A DNA stretch of 62,816 bases, the filler included. It is 5 parts of 5 records of this genome, joined end to end, with 100 filler letters (N's around TTAATTAATTAA, not from the genome) between each part and the next. Parts side by side here need not be neighbours in the genome. Positions count along the whole stretch, not along the records: positions 42,642 to 53,179 come from SRR31156797_14126; positions 53,280 to 62,816 come from SRR31156797_14136; 3 more parts are not named here. One strand, written 5' to 3'. Below, in pieces: positions 48,999-59,050 of this stretch. A program made the position numbers and the translations under genes. The stretch's first letter is position 1. Each line of letters starts with the position of its first letter. The notes under the pieces were generated by a model, which saw only the letters and a list, made by a program, of their open reading frames with translations, was not told where the DNA came from and did no database searches.

Positions 48999-49196
48999 TT
49001 AAGCCTCCTCCCACGCCTCACGCACCACTAACTTTTTATCATCCGGGCTCATAACACGACAGCCAATGACTCCTTCTTTAAAAGTTCCGTATAGGGAATA
49101 AGAGGGAATTCTCAGCGTTCCGTCATCTTCCAGTGGTACCATCGCCACCACGTCACCACCATTGCCCAAGGTCAGTTCACAGGGTATTTTTTTCAT
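48999..49196 (-). CDS. Small hypothetical protein at the end of the cob operon
   Basis: MKKIPCELTLGNGGDVV...; strong purine-rich RBS; 31 nt after cbiB stop. Confidence 0.6.
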   Translation of the reverse strand: MKKIPCELTLGNGGDVVAMVPLEDDGTLRIPSYSLYGTFKEGVIGCRVMSPDDKKLVVREAWEEA

Positions 49197-49227
49197 CCTC
49201 ACCTTTCCTCAACATTGTTTTTCATTG

Positions 49228-50196
49228 TTACACCACACTCCGCACCACTACGCCCACCCCCCACAAGAGCAAACATCCCACTTCCGAGGATCGAAGCATG
49301 AGTTGGCAAGCCTGCTTAATATGATCCACACAGGGTGGATCATATTGGACACCAATAAAAGGCTTTTCAACAAGGGCACCACCATAATAATTAGGACCGT
49401 TTAGTCTAACGCCCATAGCTCCGGCAAAGGCGGCCTCTGGATGGCCGGCATTGGGGCTGCTGTGATTTCGCCCCTCGTTCCGAGCTACAGCAAGTGCTCG
49501 GCCACCGCTTTTCAACGCGGAGAGCTCTGCCGCTAACCCGATCACATAGATGGAAAGACGAGCAGGAATGTAATTGACCACATCATCTATCTTGGCGGCC
49601 GCCCTCCCAAAATAAAGATAGCGTTCATTTTTATAGCCAACCATGGAATCCAGAGTGTTGACCATCTTGTAGGCAAGTGCCAACGGGCCGCCGCCAATCA
49701 CAGCGAACAAGAGAGGAGACAAAAAGCCGTCAACATAATTTTCGGCCACTGTTTCCACAGTTGCCCTGGCAATGTCGTCTGCCTGGTAGGACTGCACATC
49801 CCTGCCAACAATCATTGCCACCGCACGACGTGCCTGGTCTACCTGGCCGTCAGCCAGCAACCGATATATCTCCAATCCGGCTTGGGCAAGTGATCTGGAA
49901 GAGAAACAAAAAAAGACCATAACAACCTCAGTGACAAACCCAACAAATGGGTGGACCCACTGCATGATCAGAAGTAAAAGAAAGCACAGCAACCAGCAAC
50001 CGCTTATCAGGGTCAAGGCAAATAAGGTTCCTGCCGCCTTCTCATCTTTTACAAGGTTTCGAAAAAATGGTTCACAGGCCGTGATGGCATTACCCATCCA
50101 CCGGATGGGATGCGGAAGGGAGGGAGGATCACCTATTAATCTGTCCAGAACAAAGGCTACCGGCAGTACCAGCAGGTGTAACCACGAAAAAGCCAT
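49228..50196 (-). CDS. cbiB: Adenosylcobinamide-phosphate synthase
   Basis: GDP..HPIRWMG, MIVGRD, ETVAEN, NTLDSMVGY, SPNAGHPEAA. Confidence 0.95.
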   Translation of the reverse strand: MAFSWLHLLVLPVAFVLDRLIGDPPSLPHPIRWMGNAITACEPFFRNLVKDEKAAGTLFALTLISGCWLLCFLLLLIMQWVHPFVGFVTEVVMVFFCFSSRSLAQAGLEIYRLLADGQVDQARRAVAMIVGRDVQSYQADDIARATVETVAENYVDGFLSPLLFAVIGGGPLALAYKMVNTLDSMVGYKNERYLYFGRAAAKIDDVVNYIPARLSIYVIGLAAELSALKSGGRALAVARNEGRNHSSPNAGHPEAAFAGAMGVRLNGPNYYGGALVEKPFIGVQYDPPCVDHIKQACQLMLRSSEVGCLLLWGVGVVVRSVV

Positions 50197-50203
50197 AGCA
50201 GCC

Positions 50204-51280
50204 TCAACACCCAACGGCAGAGACAAAAAGCTTAGCTGCCATTTGATTGATCTCTGTTTTTTTCAGAGATATACGAACATATCTACTGTCAAGCCCACGA
50301 AAATTACTACAGTTCCTGATCAGAAGCCGATCACTTATCAACAGTTCACAAATGTCTTCTGCTGTATGTCCTGGGGGCAACCGGATCAGCTGATATGGGG
50401 TTACACTGGGATAGAGAGTGGCCCCGCACCCGCCCAGCTGATTGCGAAAGGCTATCATCTCCTCAGCCAGATACATCTTGGTTTTATTAACAAAATCGGC
50501 AAGCATCTGCTTATTTGCAGCCAGATACCCTATTGCCTCCTGAGCCAAACTATTTGCGCACCAAGGCTGCATATAACGTCTAAACTGGTCAGTAACAGCT
50601 GCACTGCCAATCAGAAAACCTGCCCGTAATCCGGGAATGCCATAAATTTTAGAAAGTGACCAGAGAACAATCACATTGTCAAGTGCACAGCGCGTCATAC
50701 CCTGGTCAACCTTTTGCGGTGCAAAAGGCAGATAGGATTCATCAATGATAAATCTGGTCTTCGGAAGGCCCTTGCAAAGTGACAGTAATTCCTCATGGGG
50801 GATCACAGTACCGGTCGGGTTATTGGGATTACAGATGAAAACTGTATCAAACTCGCTGGCTTTTGCTGCCAGTTTCTCGCAGTTGATCTGAAAATCTTCG
50901 CCCGGCTCAGCCAGAAAATAGTCAGGAACAATACCATGCATCAAGCAACTTGAGGTGTAATCTGCATATGTTGGACCAACAATTAACACCTTCTGCGATC
51001 CAAGGGCCGGACATGCAGTATAGATAAACTGGGTTGTTCCGGTTCCCATGAGCACCCTTCCGGCATCAATTCTCAGAATATCAGCAATACCAGCAACCGC
51101 CGCTCCGGCATCGACCTCAGGCAGGGACATCACTGTGTCAAGTCGCTGGCGCAAATGGTCAAGCAATCCGGGCACGACCCCCAATGGATTGATATTACTA
51201 CTCATGTCAACAATTTCATCAGGCCTGCATCCTAACCTGGCTGCCACAGAGGCAACATTTCCGCCATGTCCCTGGATCAT
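50204..51280 (-). CDS. cobD: Threonine-phosphate decarboxylase
   Basis: HGGN, DMSSNINP, CNPNNPTG, SLSKIYGIPGLRAG; ATGA overlap with cobQ stop. Confidence 0.9.
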   Translation of the reverse strand: MIQGHGGNVASVAARLGCRPDEIVDMSSNINPLGVVPGLLDHLRQRLDTVMSLPEVDAGAAVAGIADILRIDAGRVLMGTGTTQFIYTACPALGSQKVLIVGPTYADYTSSCLMHGIVPDYFLAEPGEDFQINCEKLAAKASEFDTVFICNPNNPTGTVIPHEELLSLCKGLPKTRFIIDESYLPFAPQKVDQGMTRCALDNVIVLWSLSKIYGIPGLRAGFLIGSAAVTDQFRRYMQPWCANSLAQEAIGYLAANKQMLADFVNKTKMYLAEEMIAFRNQLGGCGATLYPSVTPYQLIRLPPGHTAEDICELLISDRLLIRNCSNFRGLDSRYVRISLKKTEINQMAAKLFVSAVGC

Positions 51281-52791
51281 GCATTTTCTCCGCATTTAGT
51301 TGCGTTAATCAGTTCAAAAATGGCCTGAATATCTAGATATTGTGCTGCATGTTCGGCAAGCAGCTCATAGGCTTTGTCACGCCCAGCAGGCCCATGCAGC
51401 TGCTCCTCAGGCTGCAACCCATCAAGGCCGATGGAGTGTAACCAATGACTTGTGATCGAAGGCGTATCAAAGAAACCATGTAAATAGGTACCAATAACAT
51501 TTCCATCGTGACTGACACAGCCATCGCTATCTTGACACTGCTCCTGATTTCTGCTCATCACATCCACCAGCGGCTGCCCGCCACTGAGATGGGTCTGTCC
51601 CATGTGAATCTCGTATCCGCATCCTTGCTGTCCAGCCCAGGAAAAATCAGTGAGGGTTGTTGTTTTGGGAGCTTTTAAAGTTGTTTCCACCGGAAGCAGA
51701 CCTATTCCCTCAGTTGATCCAGGCATTCCTTCTATACCATCCGGGTCATGTACCCAACTTCCCAGCATCTGATAACCTCCGCACACCCCCAATACATTGC
51801 CGCCGTTGTCGACATAACTTTTCACAAGATCCATCCACCCACTGGTGCGGAGCCAGCCTATATCGCTGCAAGTACTTTTAGATCCGGGTAAAATCACTGC
51901 CTTAAAGGCGGATAAATCCTGTGGCTGCTGCAGGTAAGCCAAATGGAGCCCAGGTATCTGCATCAGCGGGTCAAAATCGGTAAAATTGGAAATATGGGGC
52001 AGTTTAATGACTGCGATAGCAGCTTCTCCACTGTTTGCGGGGCTATAGGAAGGGGCATTCTCAATAACCACCGCATCCTCTGCTTCAATATGAAAGTGTT
52101 TATACCAGGGTAGTACGCCATAGACTATTTTACCGGTCTTTTTCTCTATCCACTCAATACCGCTTTCAAACAACTTGATATCGCCACGAAACCGGTTGAC
52201 CACAAATCCTTTTATTTGTTCCTGCTGTGCTGCATCCATACATGCAAGGGTACCGACTATCTGAGCAAAAACCCCCCCTCTATCGATATCAGCAACAAGT
52301 ATAACAGGCGCATCTGCATAGGCAGCTGCACGTAGATTAACGATGTCATTAGCCATAAGGTTAACTTCCGCACACGACCCGGCACCTTCCATGACAATCA
52401 CATCGTATTGGTCGCGCAAACGATCAAGGGCTGCACAACTCTCGGCAAACAGGTAGTCTTTTTTTGTGTAATAAGAGACCGCAGAGGCCTCCATCCATGC
52501 CTTACCATTCAACACAACCTGGGAACCTATATCGCTGGTGGGTTTCAACAGCACTGGGTTCATATCCACATGGGGAGCTATTTTGGCAGCTTCAGCCTGC
52601 ACAATCTGGGCTCGTCCCATTTCCAGCCCTTCAGCAGTAACCCCTGAATTATTCGACATATTCTGGGATTTAAAGGGCGCTACCTTGTACCCCTTGTTCA
52701 CCAGAATACGGCAAAGGGCGGAGGTAACAATGGATTTACCCACGTCAGATCCTGTTCCCATTACAGCTATACAGACCGCTTTGTTAGCCAT
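51277..52791 (-). CDS. cobQ: Cobyric acid synthase
   Basis: GTGSDVGKS, PFKSQNMSNN, DIDRGG, ISNFTD, GVCGGYQMLG, GTYLHG. Confidence 0.97.
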   Translation of the reverse strand: MANKAVCIAVMGTGSDVGKSIVTSALCRILVNKGYKVAPFKSQNMSNNSGVTAEGLEMGRAQIVQAEAAKIAPHVDMNPVLLKPTSDIGSQVVLNGKAWMEASAVSYYTKKDYLFAESCAALDRLRDQYDVIVMEGAGSCAEVNLMANDIVNLRAAAYADAPVILVADIDRGGVFAQIVGTLACMDAAQQEQIKGFVVNRFRGDIKLFESGIEWIEKKTGKIVYGVLPWYKHFHIEAEDAVVIENAPSYSPANSGEAAIAVIKLPHISNFTDFDPLMQIPGLHLAYLQQPQDLSAFKAVILPGSKSTCSDIGWLRTSGWMDLVKSYVDNGGNVLGVCGGYQMLGSWVHDPDGIEGMPGSTEGIGLLPVETTLKAPKTTTLTDFSWAGQQGCGYEIHMGQTHLSGGQPLVDVMSRNQEQCQDSDGCVSHDGNVIGTYLHGFFDTPSITSHWLHSIGLDGLQPEEQLHGPAGRDKAYELLAEHAAQYLDIQAIFELINATKCGENA

Positions 52792-53124
52792 GACTCCCCA
52801 TTGTAATTGATGTGGTTGACAATCAGCCGAATTGCATATTCAGCACGACACTATTCATCAGCAAAATAAAAACAAAATTGACAACATAATACGAATCAAC
52901 CACTTGATCCACCCCTTTCCATTCAAGCTTGCAAAAGGGGCTCCCTAATCAGCTCTCTATGCCTTTCCGTGATATATAAGCCTTCACATCACGTGTCTGA
53001 GCGTACTCAAAGTACTTATCTAATAAAAGGTGAGCCTCACCTCACTCAAAAGGGGGATTTCGCAAGACTAGCGGGTATTACCTGCTTGACTATCCAGAGA
53101 CCTACAGGTAAGCTAGGCACCAAT

Positions 53125-53179
53125 TTTTTGCAGGTTTCTATTGAAGTAGAAAAAGGGAATCCGGTTAAATTCCGGAACG
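53125..53179 (+). ncRNA. Cobalamin riboswitch, 5' part (truncated by contig end)
   Basis: AGGTTTCTA..TAGAAAAAGGGAATCCGGTTAAATTCCGGAACG matches the conserved AGGGAA-CCGGT..AA..CCGG core; next to cob genes. Confidence 0.8.
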
Positions 53180-53279
53180 NNNNNNNNNNNNNNNNNNNNN
53201 NNNNNNNNNNNNNNNNNNNNNNNTTAATTAATTAANNNNNNNNNNNNNNNNNNNNNNNNNNNNNNNNNNNNNNNNNNNN
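53180..53279. other. Artificial contig spacer
   Basis: 44 N + TTAATTAATTAA + 44 N. Confidence 0.99.
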
Positions 53280-53352
53280 GCTTCGGGATAAAAGCTTGAG
53301 AAATATTCAGTTATTTTTCACCGATTATCCAAAGCTCCTTTTAAATGTGATA

Positions 53353-55284
53353 ATGAGGAGGTTTGTAGTATTTGTAACAGTTTTGTTGGTATTTGTTTCT
53401 TGCTTTGGTCAACAGCCATTTACTATTCTCGATACCGTACATGTTGAGGAAGTGGTAAGTTATGGGAAGTTGCAAAAGTTCCAAAGCGGGGCAAAGATTG
53501 AAAAAATTCCGGCCAGTCAGTTTTCCATAGCGCAAGATGGAAATTTGGAGCAGCTGTTATCACGTACCTTACCTATTGCATTTAAAACCAATGCCGGGGC
53601 TTTAGCTACTATTCGAATTCGTGGTTCGGCGCCTGATCATACCAGTTTAAATTTTGGAGGTATAAACATTAACTCTCTCACGTTGGGACATTCAAACGTG
53701 AGCAATGTACCTGTTTATCTTTTCGATAATGTTGGGATTCAGTTTGGAAGCGCCAGTTCGGTGAACGGTTCGGGGAGTATTGGAGGTGCCATTCATTTAG
53801 GATTAAGAAATTCGTGGACAAAGGGATTTAAAGCTGAAGCCCGTATTGCACACGGTTCGTTTGGGGAACAATTATATGGGACTAAATTGTTTTTGGGCAA
53901 CGGAAAGTTTGAATCAGTAACAAGGGCGTATTATTATTATAAAAGGAACGATTTTAAATTTACAAATCCCAATTACCGCGATTTTGAAAATCAGATATTC
54001 GAAATAGAAGATGTTCAGCATAATGCGGCAATTGAAAATATGGGATTGCTACAGGAATTCAATTATCTTTTTGAAGAAGGCGAGTTCTTTGTTTTTAATA
54101 TTTGGTTGGAAAAAGACTGGCACCTGGTGCAGCAAAATATGCAAACCAATTTAAATAACCCGGAAAAAAGAGAAGAATACAATGATAAACATATTCGAAT
54201 ATGGACTGGATATAAGAATCACAAAAATCCGTTCAAATTTGAAATTAATGGTGGTTATGTTTTCGACAAGGCCACACACAACAACAACAATTTTGATACC
54301 ATTCAAACTCAACGCATAATAGGTGAAGCATTTATCGAGCATGATTTTCAGTTAAATGCAAGCTACAAAGTCGGGGCAAAAACTACCCGGATTTATCCTA
54401 CCGTGTATGCTTATTCCGAAACACTTGATCATGAAGACCGGGTAGATTTTTATGCCTCGTATTATCATCATTTCTTTAACAAGCTAACAACTACAGTAAA
54501 CCTCCGCCAGGGATTAGTTACTGATTTTGATGTGCCATTTACTCCTTCTCTCGGACTAAATTATCTTGCACTTTCGAAAGAAAAATATGTGTTACGGTTT
54601 AGTGGTAACGTAGCACGAAGCTATCGTGTACCAACCTTTAATGATCGCTTTTGGGTACCCGGAGGAAATCCTGATTTAAATCCCGAAAAAGGAATGAATT
54701 ATGAACTGGGTGCAAAATGGAGTTACTGTACAGGTGATGTTTCGGGGAATGTAAAGGTAAATGCATTCTTTTTGAGTATCGACGACTGGATTCTCTGGAA
54801 AAATGGTGGTGCCTACTGGTATGCCGAGAATGTGCAAAAAGTGGAAAGTAAAGGGATTGAATTTATGACCGACTGGAATTACAAACTGTTTGGCTTAAAA
54901 ACAACTTCGGGACTAAATTATACTTATACATCAGCCGAACGTGTAGAGTCGATCAACGAAACAAACGCAATAAATCGCCAACTGGAATATGTTCCGCTTC
55001 ATTCGGGTAATTTTTTTACCAGTGTTAAATTTAAAAATTTCGATTTTTCAGTTGACGTAAGTTATACCGATGAACAATTTACTGATGAGGAAGAGAAAAA
55101 TGTTTTAGATTCATTTTTCCTGCTTAATGCTGTAGTTTCCTATAACTGGAAGATAAACGGCATAAATGATATTAAAATTAATGGTATGGTAAATAATATG
55201 CTTGATGCTAAGTATCAGGCCAGTTGGGGGTATGCTATGCCCGGAATCTCGTATCGGTTAAGCTTGACTTATAATTTAAAATAG
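53353..55284 (+). CDS. TonB-dependent receptor, probable corrinoid transporter (BtuB-like)
   Basis: Signal peptide, plug IRIRGS..GSIGGAI, SYRVPTFND..GNPDLNPEKG, C-terminal MPGISYRLSLTYNL; cob context. Confidence 0.85.
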   Translation: MRRFVVFVTVLLVFVSCFGQQPFTILDTVHVEEVVSYGKLQKFQSGAKIEKIPASQFSIAQDGNLEQLLSRTLPIAFKTNAGALATIRIRGSAPDHTSLNFGGININSLTLGHSNVSNVPVYLFDNVGIQFGSASSVNGSGSIGGAIHLGLRNSWTKGFKAEARIAHGSFGEQLYGTKLFLGNGKFESVTRAYYYYKRNDFKFTNPNYRDFENQIFEIEDVQHNAAIENMGLLQEFNYLFEEGEFFVFNIWLEKDWHLVQQNMQTNLNNPEKREEYNDKHIRIWTGYKNHKNPFKFEINGGYVFDKATHNNNNFDTIQTQRIIGEAFIEHDFQLNASYKVGAKTTRIYPTVYAYSETLDHEDRVDFYASYYHHFFNKLTTTVNLRQGLVTDFDVPFTPSLGLNYLALSKEKYVLRFSGNVARSYRVPTFNDRFWVPGGNPDLNPEKGMNYELGAKWSYCTGDVSGNVKVNAFFLSIDDWILWKNGGAYWYAENVQKVESKGIEFMTDWNYKLFGLKTTSGLNYTYTSAERVESINETNAINRQLEYVPLHSGNFFTSVKFKNFDFSVDVSYTDEQFTDEEEKNVLDSFFLLNAVVSYNWKINGINDIKINGMVNNMLDAKYQASWGYAMPGISYRLSLTYNLK

Positions 55285-55307
55285 AATAAAATATCAATTC
55301 AATTAAA

Positions 55308-56612
55308 ATGAAAAACTCAATTAAAATCTTTATGCTTTTGGCCGTGTTGGCCTTTGCATTCACTTCTTGCAAGGATGATGACCCAGCGAATGTAGTACCA
55401 TGTTTTACCTTTTCTCCGGAAGAGAATATTCAGGTAGGGGATACTGTGTTTTTCTCCAATTGCTCAGAAGAAGCTAACGAATACGTTTGGGCATTTAAAG
55501 ATGGCGAATACTCGATGGAGAAAGATCCTTCTCATGTTTTTACAGAACCCGGAATTTATGATGTACGTTTAACGGCAATAAATGGAGGAGTGATTGATTC
55601 AGTAACCAATTCGGTTAATGTTGCTGCCGACTTGGCTTATATTATCAATTATGGAAGTTATTCAGGAGATAAATCTACTATTACTGCTTACAACAAATAT
55701 GCAAATGAAGTTATAAATGGGTATTATCAATCGGTAAACAGCGTAAACATGGTAGCGAATGCGCAGTTTGCTTATCAATACGAAGGGAATATCTATTTTC
55801 TGGATAATAATGCCGATGGATTATCATGGGTTGATGCAAAAACATTTAAACAAACAGAAAATGCACTTACCGATGATTTTATTAAACCACGTTATTGCGT
55901 AGGCTACGGTGATTACTTATACGTTGCATGTTATGGTGGTGATGTTTGGAATGATAGTTCACTTGGTTACATTGCTAAGTATAATATAAGCACAAAAGAG
56001 GTTACTAAAATTGATATGCCAGGTGGACCAGAAGGAATGGCAATTGTGGGTGACAAGCTGTATATTGCCTGTAGATATGGGAAACAAATTGCGGAAATGG
56101 ATCTTTCTACAGATGAGTTTACGACTACCGATTTGGCTGGGCAACCCATGTTCTTTAAAAAGGATTCGGAGGATAACCTATACACTGCAGTAGTTGCTAA
56201 TTATGGTGATACAGAAACGACTACAGGCATTGGATACTTTAATACACAAACAAATACATTGGAAGCCACTTATGAACTTGTAGGTATTTTGAGTACCTAT
56301 GATAATATTATTGCTGTTAATGACGATTTTTCTAAAATATACGTTGCTTATTCAACTGGTTGGGATGCATTATCTATCCCGACTGGTGGTATTGCCATTT
56401 TTGATGTTGAAAGTAAACAATTTGAATCTGAAAATCTTGTTGATAATGTTTATGGTATAAATGGGATTCAAATGGTAGAAGATAATGTAGTTTGTTTTGT
56501 TTCACCGAGTACAACTAACAATGGTAAAGCTATTTTTTATTCAATTGATGGCCAAAAAGTATCGGAGTACGAAACTGGAATTTCTCCAATAATGATGGTA
56601 CAATCAAAATAA
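55308..56612 (+). CDS. Surface lipoprotein with PKD and beta-propeller domains (BtuG-like)
   Basis: Lipobox FTSC followed by KDDD; PKD (W.F.DG..PSHVF..PGIYDV.L); propeller repeats (KPRY, GGPEGM). Confidence 0.78.
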   Translation: MKNSIKIFMLLAVLAFAFTSCKDDDPANVVPCFTFSPEENIQVGDTVFFSNCSEEANEYVWAFKDGEYSMEKDPSHVFTEPGIYDVRLTAINGGVIDSVTNSVNVAADLAYIINYGSYSGDKSTITAYNKYANEVINGYYQSVNSVNMVANAQFAYQYEGNIYFLDNNADGLSWVDAKTFKQTENALTDDFIKPRYCVGYGDYLYVACYGGDVWNDSSLGYIAKYNISTKEVTKIDMPGGPEGMAIVGDKLYIACRYGKQIAEMDLSTDEFTTTDLAGQPMFFKKDSEDNLYTAVVANYGDTETTTGIGYFNTQTNTLEATYELVGILSTYDNIIAVNDDFSKIYVAYSTGWDALSIPTGGIAIFDVESKQFESENLVDNVYGINGIQMVEDNVVCFVSPSTTNNGKAIFYSIDGQKVSEYETGISPIMMVQSK

Positions 56613-56614
56613 AT

Positions 56615-57025
56615 ATGACGATGTTGTCATTGTTGAAATATAAAAAATACACCCTCCTCACAATTGTTGTCCTATCTATCGGATTATCGGCTTGGGCAGG
56701 CAATAAAGAAAAGGTAACAGTTGAGATTACTTACGAAGATCAATCTCATCCTTCTCTAATAATTGAAACAAACTGGAAAGAAGGGCTAACAGCTTTGGAG
56801 GCCCTCCAGTTTGTTGCGGAGGTAAAAACACATCCGGTAGGGCAATATGTTTTTGTCTCAGAGATTAATGGGATAGCAGGTATTCCCAATAAAAGCGTAT
56901 GGTATTATCAAATTAACGGAACACCAGCAAAAATAATTGCTATCAATCAACCGGTTAAAAATGGAGATACTATTACCTGGATTTATAAGCAGGACGTATG
57001 TAGTCCCATAAAAAATAAGAATTAA
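56615..57025 (+). CDS. DUF4430 (transcobalamin C-terminal-like) secreted protein
   Basis: TALEAL, FVSEINGI, WYYQING, VKNGDTITWIY; signal peptide. Confidence 0.8.
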   Translation: MTMLSLLKYKKYTLLTIVVLSIGLSAWAGNKEKVTVEITYEDQSHPSLIIETNWKEGLTALEALQFVAEVKTHPVGQYVFVSEINGIAGIPNKSVWYYQINGTPAKIIAINQPVKNGDTITWIYKQDVCSPIKNKN

Positions 57026-57081
57026 TATTACTATTATAGTTTTTGCTCTAGGTTTAGCACAAAATGTGCATGATTATGATG

Positions 57082-57119
57082 AAACCCCCGGTTGTTAAAC
57101 TGGGGGTTTGTTTTTTTTT
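57082..57119 (+). terminator. Rho-independent terminator
   Basis: AAACCCCCGGTT-gtta-AACTGGGGGTTT followed by long T run. Confidence 0.85.
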
Positions 57120-57190
57120 ATAAAAATGAGATTGGAATGTTATTTTTAATTTTTTAAATCCGTTCTAAAGAACTTAAACAATAAGAAAAA

Positions 57191-57700
57191 ATGTCACAAA
57201 TTACATTTATAACCGGAGGGCAACGTTCGGGCAAAAGCACTTATGCACAAGGCCTGGCCGAAGAAAAATCAAATAGCCCTATTTATCTGGCTACTGCCCG
57301 AATCTGGGATGAAGATTTTCATCAGCGCGTAAAACGTCACCAGTCAGACAGGGGAGAGCAGTGGCAAACCATTGAGGAAGAAATAGAAATTAGCAAGTAC
57401 GTTTTAGCCGGAAATACCGTTTTACTCGACTGTATAACATTGTGGTTGACTAATGTTTTTTTTAAACATAAAAACAACATTGATACCAGTTTTGAAGCCG
57501 CGAAAAAGGAATGGGAAGAACTAACCAAACAGGATTTCGAGCTAATTGTGGTAAGCAACGAGCTGGGCATGGGGGTACATCCTGAAAATGAGATCGCCCG
57601 TAAATTTGCCGACCTGCAAGGTTGGATGAATCAATACATTGCCGGTAAAGCTGATCAGGTTTTTCTTATGGTTTCCGGAATTCCTGTAAAAATAAAATAG
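57191..57700 (+). CDS. cobU: Adenosylcobinamide kinase/adenosylcobinamide-phosphate guanylyltransferase
   Basis: TGGQRSGKS, YLATA, LLDCITLWLTN, VSNELGMG. Confidence 0.96.
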   Translation: MSQITFITGGQRSGKSTYAQGLAEEKSNSPIYLATARIWDEDFHQRVKRHQSDRGEQWQTIEEEIEISKYVLAGNTVLLDCITLWLTNVFFKHKNNIDTSFEAAKKEWEELTKQDFELIVVSNELGMGVHPENEIARKFADLQGWMNQYIAGKADQVFLMVSGIPVKIK

Positions 57701-57728
57701 CCAATACTAAACTAATACCTTATATCAA

Positions 57729-58490
57729 GTGAAGAACGAACTAAACATATTTCGAACAGCACTAATGTTTTATACCCGTGTCCCTGTAGGTTTCATTAAA
57801 GGATGGAACGAAGACCTGTTAAACCAATCAACCAGATATTTTCCACTTATTGGTACCATTGTGGGGGGAATTGGAGCAGTTGGATTTTGGTTTAGCATGA
57901 TGTTTTTACCAGTTTCAATTGCTGTAGTTCTGAGCATGATTGCCACAATTCTTTTTACCGGTGCATTTCACGAAGATGGTTTTGCCGACTTTTGTGATGG
58001 ATTTGGTGGTGGTTATACTCCAGAAAAGATTCTCGATATTATGAAGGATAGCCGGATCGGCACCTATGGTTCAATTGGATTGTTGGGAATGCTTTTGGTG
58101 AAATTTTTAACTTTAATGCATCTCGATCCTATCCGAATTCCTTCGTTGTTAATTGCCGGTCATACCGTAAGCCGGATTTTTCCGGTTCTATTGATTTATA
58201 CTTCGGAATATGCTCGTCTTGATGCAAGCAGTAAAACCAAACCCATTGGGAAAGCTCATACTTTATCTTCCCTTGTTTTTGCCACACTTACCGGTTCTTT
58301 GACTTTTTTGTTATTACACTGGCAAGAGGTGATTCTGGTTGTTGCAATGCTACTTGTAGTAGCTTATTGTTTTAGAAACTACATTACGCGAAAATTAGGT
58401 GGATATACCGGAGATGTGCTAGGAGCTCTGCAACAATTGTGCGAAGTATTCTTTTACCTGTCAATTCTTGGCTATCAAAATTACCCATGA
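57729..58490 (+). CDS. cobS: Adenosylcobinamide-GDP ribazoletransferase
   Basis: TGAFHEDGFADFCDG, MKDSRIGTYG, GGYTGDVLGA. Confidence 0.96.
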   Translation: MKNELNIFRTALMFYTRVPVGFIKGWNEDLLNQSTRYFPLIGTIVGGIGAVGFWFSMMFLPVSIAVVLSMIATILFTGAFHEDGFADFCDGFGGGYTPEKILDIMKDSRIGTYGSIGLLGMLLVKFLTLMHLDPIRIPSLLIAGHTVSRIFPVLLIYTSEYARLDASSKTKPIGKAHTLSSLVFATLTGSLTFLLLHWQEVILVVAMLLVVAYCFRNYITRKLGGYTGDVLGALQQLCEVFFYLSILGYQNYP

Positions 58491-59050
58491 AAATTTACCT
58501 GATCAGGCATACCAGTGTGGGGATTGAATCCGGAATTTGTTACGGGCAAACGGATGTCCCCTTGGCCCATTCATTTGAAGAGGAACGGGAGATTGTCTCT
58601 TCAAAATTAAATGGATTGTGTTTTGATGTGGTTTATTCAAGCCCTCTAAGCCGATGTAGTTTGTTGTCCAGTTATCTCTTTAAATCTAATGATGTGCGCT
58701 ACGACAATAGGTTGAAAGAACTCAATTTTGGGGATTGGGAAATGTTAAGCTGGGATGAAATTTATAAGCGACCCGAAGGGAAGGCCTGGATGGATAATTA
58801 CCTGGAGTTACAATGTGCTACCGGAGAATGTTATAATGACTTGTTTGGTCGTGTTAAAACGTTTGTAGATGATTTACTTTGTGAAAACCCGGGGAATGTT
58901 GCAATTGTTACACACGCTGGTGTAATTCGGACGATAAAATCCATTATAGAAGAGGTGAGTATGGACGACCTATTTACAGGCTTCAAACTGGATTACGGGC
59001 AGGTGGATTATTTAGACACGAAAGAAAAGTATTTTATAACTAAAAGATAA
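58487..59050 (+). CDS. cobC: Alpha-ribazole phosphatase
   Basis: LIRHT..CYGQTDV, SSPLSRC, ELNFGDWE, VTHAGVIR; ATGA overlap with cobS. Confidence 0.92.
   Translation: MKIYLIRHTSVGIESGICYGQTDVPLAHSFEEEREIVSSKLNGLCFDVVYSSPLSRCSLLSSYLFKSNDVRYDNRLKELNFGDWEMLSWDEIYKRPEGKAWMDNYLELQCATGECYNDLFGRVKTFVDDLLCENPGNVAIVTHAGVIRTIKSIIEEVSMDDLFTGFKLDYGQVDYLDTKEKYFITKR

Noticed and set aside
53114-53132. Sigma-54-like TAGGCAC...TTGCA
   Set aside because: GG to GC spacing is 12 nt rather than 10
53280-53300. GCTTCGGGATAAAAGC as the tail of a riboswitch leader for the TonB receptor
   Set aside because: Plausible from context but too little sequence remains to support a call
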